Origin: Bacilli bacterium
GTDB lineage: Bacteria; Bacillota_I; Bacilli_A; RFN20; CAG-449
Length of the DNA: 64,000 bases
Assembly: GCA_048359995.1 (NCBI GenBank)
Contig: DBGCPK010000017.1
Location: 9,240 to 73,239 of the forward strand
Direction: 5' to 3'
Shown in pieces: positions 1-9,048 of this stretch (the stretch's first letter is position 1; the number at the start of each line of letters is the position of its first letter). The notes below the pieces were generated by a model. The model was not told where the DNA came from, ran no database searches, and saw only the letters and a list, made by a program, of their open reading frames with translations. The translations under genes were made by a program, and so were the position numbers.

Positions 1-979
1 TGAGCGCGATATGGCGGCTCAGAAAAGTAAAAGAAAGCAACAGCAATCCCGACGAAAGAATCAAAAGAGAAGGGACGATGGTTTTGACGAATCCGAAACG
101 GTCGTACAGTCTTCCGTAAAAGAAAGTGAAAAGAGCCGCGAGAACGATCGCCGGCGCCATAACGAAGACGTAGGTATCCATTCCGAACGTCGATCCGGGA
201 ATGTAGATCTGATAGTATTGAACCAAAAAGGTCATGAAAATCTGAATCGCGATGCCGAAAAGGGCGAAAGAAAGATAACAAAGGTAAAGAGAGCGGTTGG
301 CCTTGACGGAAGAAATGCGGAAGCCGTAGAGAATTCTGCTGAAATAGCGGGTTTCTTCGCTCTTCTTCGGGCTTTCTTCGATGGAGAAGAATCCGACGAT
401 TCCGGCGATGAAAGTCAAAGCGCCGATGATCAGAAAGAGAATCCACCACGATCCTTTTTCGGCAAAGCCGGAGAGCAAACCGAAGACGATCAAAATGGCC
501 AGAAGCGGCATCATCGAATTGATGCCTTCGACTTTACCGCGGTTCGTGGAATCGGTGCAATCGGTAATCCACGAATTGAAACAAGCGTCGTTCGCGCTGC
601 TTCCGAAAAAGGTCATCAAACAATCGAAGAAGATGACCATGGCGATGCCGACCGCGCAAGCATCGATCGAGGCGGGAACAATCGAAGAAATGGTTTCTTC
701 GCTGAAAAGACAAAACGCCGAGATGGTTAATCCCCATACGATATAACCCAGCCAGATGAAGATTTTTCTTTTGCCCACCTTATCGGAAAAAGCTCCGACC
801 AAAAGCGTCGTCAGCGTCGCGACGACGGCGCTTAGAGAAACCATCAACGCGACATAAAACTGACTCGCGCCGAATTCCTGAGAGATGAAGACGTTGAAAT
901 ACATATTTTCCACGACCCACGCGATCTGTCCCAATAGAGAAAAGAGAACCAGACTGAAATAGAATTTTCGTTTATTCAT
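1..979 (-). CDS. MFS-type transporter, N-terminal part (C-terminus lies beyond window start)
   Basis: Minus-strand frame from ATG 979-977 (GGAG RBS upstream) reads MNKRKFYFSLVLFSLLGQIAWV... with hydrophobic helices and an MFS motif-A-like loop GAFSDKVGKRK; it runs off the edge so is absent from the ORF track; plus-strand ORF 11..730 is its low-complexity shadow. Confidence 0.55.
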   Translation of the reverse strand, partial: MNKRKFYFSLVLFSLLGQIAWVVENMYFNVFISQEFGASQFYVALMVSLSAVVATLTTLLVGAFSDKVGKRKIFIWLGYIVWGLTISAFCLFSEETISSIVPASIDACAVGIAMVIFFDCLMTFFGSSANDACFNSWITDCTDSTNRGKVEGINSMMPLLAILIVFGLLSGFAEKGSWWILFLIIGALTFIAGIVGFFSIEESPKKSEETRYFSRILYGFRISSVKANRSLYLCYLSFALFGIAIQIFMTFLVQYYQIYIPGSTFGMDTYVFVMAPAIVLAALFTFFYGRLYDRFGFVKTIVPSLLILSSGLLLLSFTFLSRHIAL

Positions 980-1351
980 TCCTAAAACTCCTTACGAAAC
1001 CATTATAATCGACTTTTTTCGATTTATCCATAACGGATTGAACGGAAGGTCGATTCGGTTTGTTTCGGGGGAAAAGGTTTTAAGATTTTGCGGTGCGTTG
1101 ACAATGTCGCCCGCTAGAAAGCGGTTTTCAAGAGAAACGGGTGAAGAAAACGCGAACGAATTCCTAGAAATCTTGAATTCGATCGAAAAAAACGCGTTTT
1201 CTATCGCAAAGAATGCGCTTCAAACGCCCGATTCGACGGTTTCAAAGCCGGTTTTCTCGATTTTTTATCGTTATTCTTCGTTTTTTTGTTGAAAATCTCG
1301 GTCGAAAAAAATTATAATATTCTTGACAACAAGAATTTCGGAGGAAAAAAT

Positions 1352-2521
1352 ATGAAACAAATCAGGAAATTGGCGACATTGGCACTGATTGCCGTCGTAT
1401 CGTTGCTGATCATGAAATTGAGCGGTGTTCGATATTCCAAGTCCTTTGAGGAAATTGTCAATATTGGCAAGGACTGCATCGATTATCTGGGCGCTTGGAA
1501 AGGACTATCGGCAGGGAAAATCGTCATTCACATCGTGGTCATCGTCGTAGGAGTTGCTTTGGTGGCGCTTCCTCTCGTCGGATTGATCCGCTCGTTGATG
1601 AAACTGAAAGAAAAACCAGCTCGCGGACCATTGGATTTTATCAATTGTCTCGCGCTTTCGTTCCTCGTCGTGGAACTCGGTTATTTCAGCCGTCCGCTTC
1701 TCGGAGTTTCTCATTTGACCTATGCCGTCATGGGAGTTCTCGCTCTATGCGCGATTCTGTATCAGGTTTTCTGTTTGTTGGAAATCAAAGGTACGGAGGT
1801 CGTTGTTGAGAAGATAACCGAAAAAGAAACCGTTTCTTTGGAAGGAAAGACGTTGCACGTCGTCGCCGGTCAAGACGAATACGATGCCGTCGTAGTCCGT
1901 TACGAGGATCCGGTGATCACCGTGGAGACCGAAGAGAAGAAAGCGGTCGTCGAAGAATCGGTCGAAGAGAAAGTTATCGAAGAAAAATCCGAAGAAGCCG
2001 GAAGCGAAACTTCGGAAGCCGTTTCCGAAGAAGCGGAAGAAACCTCGAAAAACGAAGAGGCGCCGGAAGAGACGCCGGAAGAAAGCGTTTCAAAACCGGA
2101 AAAGAGATACATTAAAACTTATCGGGAGAGATTGGGCGAAGCCTCGGACGATCTCAAACAGAATTATTCCGTACTCAAAAATCAATTGTTGAAGCACCGC
2201 AAGGTTCACGCTAGAACTTCGAAATCCTGCGAGACGTTCCGCGTCGGTTACAATGTCGTCGCCAAAATCGTCGTCGCCGGAAAAGGGTTGAAACTGTATT
2301 TGGCAAAAGATCCGTACTCGGTGGATTCGGCCATCTATCACCAGAGAGACGCTTCCAGCAAAAAGCGTTTCGTCGACGTTCCGTTCGTCGTCAAAGTCAA
2401 ATCACCGCTTTCGGTCAGAAAAGCCTGCCAATTGATCGATATGGTTTGCGAAGAAAAAGACATCAAATTCAAAACCCGTTATGAGGAAGTCGACTATTCG
2501 CAAGTCGGCGTAGAGCAATAA
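1352..2521 (+). CDS. hypothetical membrane protein (N-terminal TM helices, E/K-rich acidic linker, conserved C-terminal domain)
   Basis: ORF 1286..2521; start placed at MKQIRK (ATG 1352) after GGAGG RBS; hydrophobic N-terminus; EE/KE repeats ~1900-2100; no recognisable family. Confidence 0.5.
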   Translation: MKQIRKLATLALIAVVSLLIMKLSGVRYSKSFEEIVNIGKDCIDYLGAWKGLSAGKIVIHIVVIVVGVALVALPLVGLIRSLMKLKEKPARGPLDFINCLALSFLVVELGYFSRPLLGVSHLTYAVMGVLALCAILYQVFCLLEIKGTEVVVEKITEKETVSLEGKTLHVVAGQDEYDAVVVRYEDPVITVETEEKKAVVEESVEEKVIEEKSEEAGSETSEAVSEEAEETSKNEEAPEETPEESVSKPEKRYIKTYRERLGEASDDLKQNYSVLKNQLLKHRKVHARTSKSCETFRVGYNVVAKIVVAGKGLKLYLAKDPYSVDSAIYHQRDASSKKRFVDVPFVVKVKSPLSVRKACQLIDMVCEEKDIKFKTRYEEVDYSQVGVEQ

Positions 2522-2525
2522 GTTC

Positions 2526-2553
2526 AGACCACTTCGCGTGGTCTTTCTTTTTA
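2526..2553 (+). terminator. rho-independent terminator
   Basis: AGACCACTTCGCGTGGTCT hairpin followed by T-run, just after stop at 2521. Confidence 0.6.
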
Positions 2554-2999
2554 TGATGAAAATCTGTGTAGTCAGTGATTCGCACGGCGATCGCGAAATT
2601 CTTCAAACCATTTATCTCCGCCATCGGGATTGTCACATCTATTTGCATTTGGGCGACAGTCAATTGGAAGAAAGGTGGATTGCCCCTTTTGTTTCCGTAA
2701 AAGGGAACTGCGATTATTTCAGCGATTATCCCTTGTTCCGCATCGTCGATACGCCCTATGGAAAGATTTACGCGGAACACGGTCATCGCGCGGGAAAAGT
2801 CGACATCGATTTTTTGAAAAGAAACGGATGCAAGATTCATTTAAGGGGACATACGCACGTTCACGATTTGGAAAAAAGAGGAGAGTATTTCTTCGCCAAT
2901 CCGGGTTCGCTTACCCGACCACGCGACGGAACAGGAGGTACATATCTTCTCATCGAATTGACGGAAACCGCCGCGGAATTCATTTTCAAAGAAGTATAG
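2553..2999 (+). CDS. metallophosphoesterase, YfcE/MJ0936-like phosphodiesterase
   Basis: MKICVVSDSHGD ... GDS ... GHTH motifs typical of calcineurin-like phosphoesterases; start moved past terminator hairpin. Confidence 0.7.
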   Translation: MMKICVVSDSHGDREILQTIYLRHRDCHIYLHLGDSQLEERWIAPFVSVKGNCDYFSDYPLFRIVDTPYGKIYAEHGHRAGKVDIDFLKRNGCKIHLRGHTHVHDLEKRGEYFFANPGSLTRPRDGTGGTYLLIELTETAAEFIFKEV

Positions 3000-3011
3000 G
3001 AGGAAAGAAAA

Positions 3012-3311
3012 ATGTGGGAAAGCGCGAGATTGAAACACCCGAGTGTCATTCTGGCATTGGAATTCGAAGACTTCGCCCGTATCGAGGTGGATAAAACGCT
3101 GAAAGGGACGATTCCTCAGTATGGAGTCGCCGTGGAAATTTTCGATTATATGAGCGACGCAATCACGCTTTATTCCCTTAAAGACGTGGAATCGGCGTTG
3201 GAGACGATCAAAAAAGCGATCGAAACGTTTTATGACGAGATGCCTTTGATGAACGATCGGGAAATCGAAGAATGGATCGACAACTTTCAAGATACTCTCG
3301 GCGCGATTTAA
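3012..3311 (+). CDS. hypothetical small acidic protein
   Basis: 99-aa ORF with strong AGGAGG RBS; no recognisable motif. Confidence 0.45.
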   Translation: MWESARLKHPSVILALEFEDFARIEVDKTLKGTIPQYGVAVEIFDYMSDAITLYSLKDVESALETIKKAIETFYDEMPLMNDREIEEWIDNFQDTLGAI

Positions 3312-4318
3312 AGCGCGAGATAGATCAAATATCCGGAAAAGGTCAGTAAACCCAGAAGAACGGTGAGAATGTAAAATCCGACGTTCTTCTTTTTTTCGCC
3401 TCGATTGTCGACGGCTTTCTTTTTGACGAGCAGGAGAACGAATACGGAGATCAAGCCCGCGACAGTCAGAATCGTCATCATCATCGATTCGTATTCCCTT
3501 TGAATGATCAGAGAGCGATCGAAAGAGAGGAGTTCGCCGATGCCGATGATGCAGAAATTGAACAGGCACGATCCCAAAATATCGCCGAAAGATGCGTTGT
3601 AATTGCCTCTTCTGCACAGAGAAATGCAGGAAACCAATTCCGGAAGAGAAGTAGCGACAGCCAGAAAAAGCGCGCCGGCGACGGTGGCGTCCAACTGAAT
3701 CTCATCGGCGATCCGATCGGTGACGTACGTGATCGAAATCGAGGCGGCGATCAAAACGAGCGCGCACAGAGTAAAGCGGAAGGCGATCTGTTTGATCGAT
3801 AACGAAGAGGAAGTTTCCTCTTTTTCTTCTTCCTCCGAGGATTTCGGTTGGAAAAAGAGGATCAAAGAGTAAACGACAAGCGCGCCGAGGCAGATCAGAT
3901 TCACCGGCCCGATCTGAGGCTGAAAGCGGCTAGGAACGAAGAGACCATAAGCGATCAAAGCGTAAATTAAGGCAAGGCCGAGAAATGTAAAAAAGTGGCT
4001 TTTATATTCGATTTTCGCTTCGGCGAACGCTTTGAATCCGAAAACCAAACAGATTCCCAATACCATCAGGTTGAACAGATTCGAGCCGAGAATATTGCCG
4101 ACGACCAAACTGTTCTCGTGAACGATGAGAATGGCGGATATCGAAGTAAAGAGTTCGGGAAGGGAAGTGACTGCCGCGAGGAGAACGCCGCCTAAAAACG
4201 CTCCGGAGATTTTGGTCTTCTTATCCAAAAGGTCGATGTACAATCCGAGTTTGTCGGAGAGATAAACGAGCAATCCCGCGAGAAGCAGGTAGGCGATCAG
4301 CAAGACGATCAAGGGCAT
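3308..4318 (-). CDS. Ca2+/cation antiporter (CaCA family, YrbG-like sodium/calcium exchanger)
   Basis: Two alpha-repeat motifs GNILGSNLFNL and GDILGSCLFNF, ~10 TM helices; start at MPLIVLL after GGAGG RBS. Confidence 0.75.
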   Translation of the reverse strand: MPLIVLLIAYLLLAGLLVYLSDKLGLYIDLLDKKTKISGAFLGGVLLAAVTSLPELFTSISAILIVHENSLVVGNILGSNLFNLMVLGICLVFGFKAFAEAKIEYKSHFFTFLGLALIYALIAYGLFVPSRFQPQIGPVNLICLGALVVYSLILFFQPKSSEEEEKEETSSSLSIKQIAFRFTLCALVLIAASISITYVTDRIADEIQLDATVAGALFLAVATSLPELVSCISLCRRGNYNASFGDILGSCLFNFCIIGIGELLSFDRSLIIQREYESMMMTILTVAGLISVFVLLLVKKKAVDNRGEKKKNVGFYILTVLLGLLTFSGYLIYLAL

Positions 4319-4450
4319 AGAGATACCTCCAACTTTTTTTATTCTAACGGATTTCTTTTTCCGTTTGCAATACAATTCGAAAGATCGCCTTTTTTGAATT
4401 GGGCGATGAACCTTTGTTTTCTTTCTTCATATATTAGTTTAGGTGATAAA

Positions 4451-4861
4451 ATGAGAGTAAGATATCGTGATGTGGACGTCGACGCTTTGGGGAGAATTAT
4501 GAGGGCGGAAGCCGTCGGCGAAGGAGTTCTGGGAATGAAACTGGTCGGTAACGTCGTCGTCAACCGCGTGGTTTACAGTTGCCAGCCGTTCAAAAAGATC
4601 GACACGGTTTACAAGGCGGTAATGCAAAAAAATCAATTCGAGGGGACGACGATCAAATTGTTCACCTCGCAGGCGACCTCGAAAGAGAGAAAACTGGCAA
4701 TGGATTGCATCAAATTCTGGCGGGGAGATCCGGCAACCCGCGCGCTTTACTTCCAGAATCCGGGCAAAGGAAAATCCTGCAAGACGGACTGGTACGGCGT
4801 TTTGGCGGGGCGTTTCAAGAACCATTGTTTCTACAATCCGGAAGAACTCTGCAATTTATAA
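4451..4861 (+). CDS. cell wall hydrolase, SleB/CwlJ family (spore cortex-lytic type)
   Basis: Hydrolase_2-like C-terminal region ...ALYFQNPGKGKSCKTDWYG...; start at MRVRYRD with AGGTGA RBS. Confidence 0.6.
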   Translation: MRVRYRDVDVDALGRIMRAEAVGEGVLGMKLVGNVVVNRVVYSCQPFKKIDTVYKAVMQKNQFEGTTIKLFTSQATSKERKLAMDCIKFWRGDPATRALYFQNPGKGKSCKTDWYGVLAGRFKNHCFYNPEELCNL

Positions 4862-4884
4862 AAGGCTTCGCGCCTTTTTTTCTT
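4862..4884 (+). terminator. rho-independent terminator
   Basis: AAGGCTTCGCGCCTT hairpin plus TTTTTTT. Confidence 0.6.
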
Positions 4885-4924
4885 TGGAGTTCGATGCGAA
4901 TTCTTTTGCATTGATTTGAAAATC

Positions 4925-5060
4925 GTGGTATTGTTTTACATGTGTGAGGGAGTAGTCAGCGGAACACGTGGTTGACCTACATGCTGATCGGTTCGATCAG
5001 GCTCAACCTTAAATGACAAGACTTGCATTTAAAAGCGTAGAAAGAGTTTCTATCTTTTTA
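4925..5060 (+). ncRNA. yybP-ykoY (Mn2+) riboswitch with terminator-type expression platform
   Basis: Conserved GAGGGAGTAG element, GGTTGACC...ACATG and CAACC..AATGACAAG segments, then TAGAAAGAGTTTCTA hairpin plus T-run directly upstream of mntP. Confidence 0.6.
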
Positions 5061-5089
5061 AATGCGAGCCTTTTTTTTGGAGAAAGCGT

Positions 5090-5656
5090 ATGAATTTTTA
5101 TTTGAGAAGTTTGCTTATGGGAATCGGTTTAGCGATGGACGCCTGTGCGGTCAGCATGGCAAACGGTTTAAAAGAACCGAAGATGAAAGCGGGAAAGATC
5201 GTCCTCATTGCCGCGGCTTTCGGCCTCTTTCAGGCGATCATGCCGATCATCGGCTACTTGGTCGGGCATGCGGTTCTTTCGACTATCGAACCGTTTATCC
5301 CTTGGATCGCTTTGGTAATTTTGGGTTTCATCGGAGGAAAGATGGTTTACGAGGGAATCCGAAATAAGAGAGAAGATGAAGAGAAAGGGCATACGCTTAC
5401 GTTATGGGAATTATTCGTGCAGGCGATTGCGACTTCGATCGACGCGCTTTCGGCGGGAATCGCTTTCGCGGACTATGATATTTCTCAGGCGATGATCGCC
5501 GCGAGTTTGATTATGGCGGTAACCTTCGTCATCTCATTCATCTCCGTCTTCATCGGGAAGAAATTCGGAGACAAACTGGGAAGGAAGGCCGTGATTCTCG
5601 GCGGTTTGATTCTGATCGGCATCGGCTTGGAGATCTTTTTCACCGGAATTCTGTAA
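5090..5656 (+). CDS. mntP: manganese efflux pump MntP
   Basis: 188-aa 6-TM protein, two DUF204 halves (GLAMDAC... / SIDALSAGIAFA), riboswitch upstream. Confidence 0.8.
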   Translation: MNFYLRSLLMGIGLAMDACAVSMANGLKEPKMKAGKIVLIAAAFGLFQAIMPIIGYLVGHAVLSTIEPFIPWIALVILGFIGGKMVYEGIRNKREDEEKGHTLTLWELFVQAIATSIDALSAGIAFADYDISQAMIAASLIMAVTFVISFISVFIGKKFGDKLGRKAVILGGLILIGIGLEIFFTGIL

Positions 5657-5676
5657 AAGAAAAAAATCTCTTTTAT

Positions 5677-5699
5677 TATACCTACACGGGGTATATAAT
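5677..5699 (+). promoter_or_regulatory. CsoR operator (ATACC-N8-GGTAT pseudo-palindrome) overlapping -10 TATAAT
   Basis: tATACCTACACGGGGTATataat resembles B. subtilis copZA CsoR operator; sits immediately upstream of csoR-copA. Confidence 0.55.
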
Positions 5700-5712
5700 A
5701 AAGATGAGGTGA

Positions 5713-6012
5713 ATGAAAATGAATTCCATGCATGAGTGCAGAACGAAAAAACGAACCGAAGAAGGGAAGAAATCGCTGGTGAACCGAATGAATCGGATCA
5801 TCGGGCAGATGAACGGCGTCAAGACGATGATCGAGAACGACCGATATTGCGACGACGTTTTGATTCAACTTTCGGCGATCGACAAGGCGATCAAAAGCCT
5901 TGCCAACGTCATTCTCGACGAGCATATTCACTCTTGTCTGATCGAAAGCATTCAGAACGGAGATTACGAAGCTCTCGACGAGATCACGGATCTGTTCAGG
6001 AGGTTTCAATGA
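5713..6012 (+). CDS. csoR: copper-sensing transcriptional repressor CsoR
   Basis: DUF156/CsoR family, C...H..C ligand pattern (DRYCDDV ... DEHIHSC); overlaps copA start. Confidence 0.75.
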   Translation: MKMNSMHECRTKKRTEEGKKSLVNRMNRIIGQMNGVKTMIENDRYCDDVLIQLSAIDKAIKSLANVILDEHIHSCLIESIQNGDYEALDEITDLFRRFQ

Positions 6013-8486
6013 AAGCAAAATACGAAGTAACGGGAATGACCTGTGCCGCCTGTCAGGCTCACGTGGAAAAGGCGGTTCGTCAAGTCGCCGGAGTCAGAAG
6101 CGTCGAAGTCAATCTGCTCAGCAATTCGATGCGCGTGGATTACGATGAAAGTCAATGCGGCGATCTGGCGATCAGAAAGGCGGTTTCCGATGCCGGATAC
6201 CGAGCATTCGCGGAAGGAGAAAGAAATTCCGGAAAAAAGAAAGATCCGGCTTTGATCCGACTGATCGTTTCTTTCGTCGTTCTCCTGATTCTGATGTACG
6301 TGGCGATGGGGCATATGATCGGACTTCCCCTTCCGCCGTTTTTAGACGGACATGAGAACAGCCTTTATTTTGCTTTGGCGCAACTCGTTTTGGTATTGCC
6401 GATCGTCGTCATTTATCGGAGATACTTTTTTTCGGGATTCAAAAAATTATTCCGCTTGTCGCCGAATATGGATTCGCTGATCGCTTTGGGAGCCAGCGCT
6501 TCGTTGATTTACGGCGTATACGCGATCGCGATGATCGCTTTCGGACTTCACTCCGGAGATATGGAGTTGGTAATGGAATACCATTCCAATCTTTATTTCG
6601 AATCGGCGGGTATGATTCTGACTCTGGTCAGTTTGGGAAAATATTTGGAAGGTCTGTCGAAAAAAAAGACGACAAAAGCGATATCCAAATTGATGGATTT
6701 GGCGCCGAAAAGCGCGGTATTGGAAGAAGACGGGCATGAAAAAACGGTTCCGGTCGAAGAGGTAAATCTCGGAGACATCGTCATCGTGAAAAAGGGCGAT
6801 CAGGTTCCGGTAGACGGGATCATCGTCGAAGGTTCGTGTTCCGTCGATCAGTCGAACATCACCGGAGAGAGCATTCCGGTGTTTAAATCCGTCGGAGAAG
6901 AAGTGTACAGTTCCACGATCAACAGCGCGGGTTACATCAAACTGAAAGCGACCAAAGTCGGTCGGGATACCTCCATCAATCACATCATCGCTTTAGTCGA
7001 GGAAGCCGGCAATTCCAAAGCGCCGATTTCCAAACTCGCGGACAAAATATCCGGAATTTTCGTTCCGTGCATCATGGCGATCGCATTGATCGTGTTCATC
7101 TGCCATCTCTGCATCAGCCGTGACTTTTCGCTGAGTTTCAATATGGGCATCTCCGTTTTGGTTATCGCCTGTCCTTGTGCGTTGGGATTAGCCACGCCGG
7201 TCGCCATTATGGTCGGCACGGGAAAAGGCGCGGAAAACGGACTGCTGATCAAAAATGCGGAAATCTTGGAAAAAGCGCATTCGATTCGGACGTTGGTGTT
7301 AGATAAAACCGGAACCATTACGGAAGGAAAGCCGAAAGTGACCGATTTCCGTTTCGAGGAAGAAGGAATGTTGGATATCGTATATTCGTTTGAAAATCAG
7401 TCCGAACATCCTTTGGCAAAAGCCATCGTCGCCTATTGTCAGGACAAAGGAGGAACGCTCGTCGACATCGACGAATACGAATCGCTGGAAGGAATCGGAT
7501 TGAGAGGCAGAATCGGACAGGACGAGTATTATCTGGGAAACCGTCGTGCGTTGGAAATCAACGGTATCGACGATGAGAAACTGATCGGACAGATGGACGC
7601 GTTTTCATCGGCAGGAAGCACGCCGTTGATCGCCGTAAAGAACGGAAAGGCCGTCGGCTATATCTTGGTGAAAGATGAAATCAAGGCGTCGTCGAAAGAA
7701 GCCGTTCGGAGGATCAAGGAGAAGAAAATCGACGTCATTATGCTGACGGGAGACAATCGGATCGTCGCCGAGAACATCGCCGATGAAGTCGGAATCGACC
7801 ACGTGATCAGCGAAGTTCTGCCGCAGGACAAGCAGAAGGTAATTCAGTCGTTGAAAAGCGACGACAAACATCTGGTGGCGATGGTCGGAGACGGCGTCAA
7901 CGACGCTTTGGCTCTCACCAGCGCGGATTTGGGCATCGCCATCGGAGGAGGAAGCGACGTGACGTTGGAGTCCAGCGACATCGTGTTGCTACGCGATGAC
8001 CTTCTCGACGTCGTCAATGTCATCGCTTTGAGCAGGCGCGTGCTTCGGACGATCAAGGGGAATCTCTTCTGGGCGTTTTTCTACAATTGCATCGGCGTCG
8101 TCCTCGCTTCGGGAATCTTCTATTACTCTTTCGGACTCAAATTGAATCCGATGGTCGGCGCGCTTGCGATGAGTTTTTCCAGCGTGTTCGTCGTTTTGAA
8201 CGCGTTGACGATCAATTTCTTCCACGTCGAGCGGAAGAATTCCGACAAAGACAATGAGAGAGAAACGAAAGAAGAAACCACCGTAACGCTTGAAGTGGAA
8301 GGAATGATGTGCGAACACTGCGCGAAACGCGTGAAAGAAGCGGCTATGAACGCGAAAGGAGTGTCCTCCGCGGAGGTTTCTTTGAAAGAGAAAAAAGCGA
8401 TCTTGGTTCTGACGGATCTTTCTTCGGTCGATCGCGCGATCGAAAATATCCGAAATGCAGGCTATGATGCGCATAAATCCGTTTGA
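6009..8486 (+). CDS. copA: copper-translocating P1B-type ATPase CopA (N- and C-terminal HMA domains)
   Basis: GMTCAACQ HMA, CPC motif IACPCALGLATP, DKTGTIT, GDGVNDA, C-terminal second HMA GMMCEHC; start at MKAKYEV after AGGAGG RBS (ORF-track start 5736 is an upstream extension). Confidence 0.9.
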   Translation: MKAKYEVTGMTCAACQAHVEKAVRQVAGVRSVEVNLLSNSMRVDYDESQCGDLAIRKAVSDAGYRAFAEGERNSGKKKDPALIRLIVSFVVLLILMYVAMGHMIGLPLPPFLDGHENSLYFALAQLVLVLPIVVIYRRYFFSGFKKLFRLSPNMDSLIALGASASLIYGVYAIAMIAFGLHSGDMELVMEYHSNLYFESAGMILTLVSLGKYLEGLSKKKTTKAISKLMDLAPKSAVLEEDGHEKTVPVEEVNLGDIVIVKKGDQVPVDGIIVEGSCSVDQSNITGESIPVFKSVGEEVYSSTINSAGYIKLKATKVGRDTSINHIIALVEEAGNSKAPISKLADKISGIFVPCIMAIALIVFICHLCISRDFSLSFNMGISVLVIACPCALGLATPVAIMVGTGKGAENGLLIKNAEILEKAHSIRTLVLDKTGTITEGKPKVTDFRFEEEGMLDIVYSFENQSEHPLAKAIVAYCQDKGGTLVDIDEYESLEGIGLRGRIGQDEYYLGNRRALEINGIDDEKLIGQMDAFSSAGSTPLIAVKNGKAVGYILVKDEIKASSKEAVRRIKEKKIDVIMLTGDNRIVAENIADEVGIDHVISEVLPQDKQKVIQSLKSDDKHLVAMVGDGVNDALALTSADLGIAIGGGSDVTLESSDIVLLRDDLLDVVNVIALSRRVLRTIKGNLFWAFFYNCIGVVLASGIFYYSFGLKLNPMVGALAMSFSSVFVVLNALTINFFHVERKNSDKDNERETKEETTVTLEVEGMMCEHCAKRVKEAAMNAKGVSSAEVSLKEKKAILVLTDLSSVDRAIENIRNAGYDAHKSV

Positions 8487-8556
8487 TTTGCGCTACATTT
8501 CGCTTATAATAGAAGAATAAAGCGTGTGAAAAAATGCGCTTGTGGAGAGGAGAAAT

Positions 8557-9048
8557 ATGGAAGAATTGACTATGAAGAAGTTAGACAAGAGAATCCGCGC
8601 CGTATGGCTGTTTTGGGGATTGCTTTGTCTGGCGGTTTTGGCTGCGATCGCTTTGATCGTCTGCTTGAATGCGGAAAAAGAATATTTGCCGCTGAGCATC
8701 GCCGTTTCGTGCGTCGTCTTTGTCTTATCCGCTTTGATCTGCATCGGCGTTCCGATCTTGCGGTATCAAACCTATTCCTATGCTTATGACGATAAGAGGA
8801 TCGTAATCCGGAAGGGAATTATCTTCCGAAGCAGGGTCGTGATTCCGATCTGCCAGATTCAAGACTTGCATATGTTTCAAGGACCGATGATGATGATCTT
8901 CCATCTTCATCAGATCATCATTTCGACAGCGGGGAGCAATTTTACCATCAACGGACTGGAACAAAGCGTCGCCGGAAAGATGGTGGACGATCTTGAAAAT
9001 CTTCTCAACCGAAGAATCGAGGCATTGAACGATGAATCGGTTCAGTAA
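8557..9048 (+). CDS. YdbS-like bacterial PH domain (bPH_2) membrane protein
   Basis: Two TM helices followed by bPH_2/DUF304-like domain; overlaps next gene. Confidence 0.55.
   Translation: MEELTMKKLDKRIRAVWLFWGLLCLAVLAAIALIVCLNAEKEYLPLSIAVSCVVFVLSALICIGVPILRYQTYSYAYDDKRIVIRKGIIFRSRVVIPICQIQDLHMFQGPMMMIFHLHQIIISTAGSNFTINGLEQSVAGKMVDDLENLLNRRIEALNDESVQ

Noticed and set aside
11-730. 239-aa plus-strand ORF rich in R/K/E/D
   Set aside because: Low-complexity, no RBS; fully overlapped on the opposite strand by a hydrophobic MFS-like frame with RBS and motif A, so this is the shadow frame.
1038-1292. 84-aa ORF in the MFS/membrane-protein intergenic region
   Set aside because: No RBS, overlaps the promoter/palindrome region; probably non-coding.
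5736-6008. N-terminal 91-aa arginine-rich extension of the copA ORF in the ORF track
   Set aside because: Overlaps csoR in another frame; the real copA start is MKAKYEV at 6009 with a strong AGGAGG RBS.
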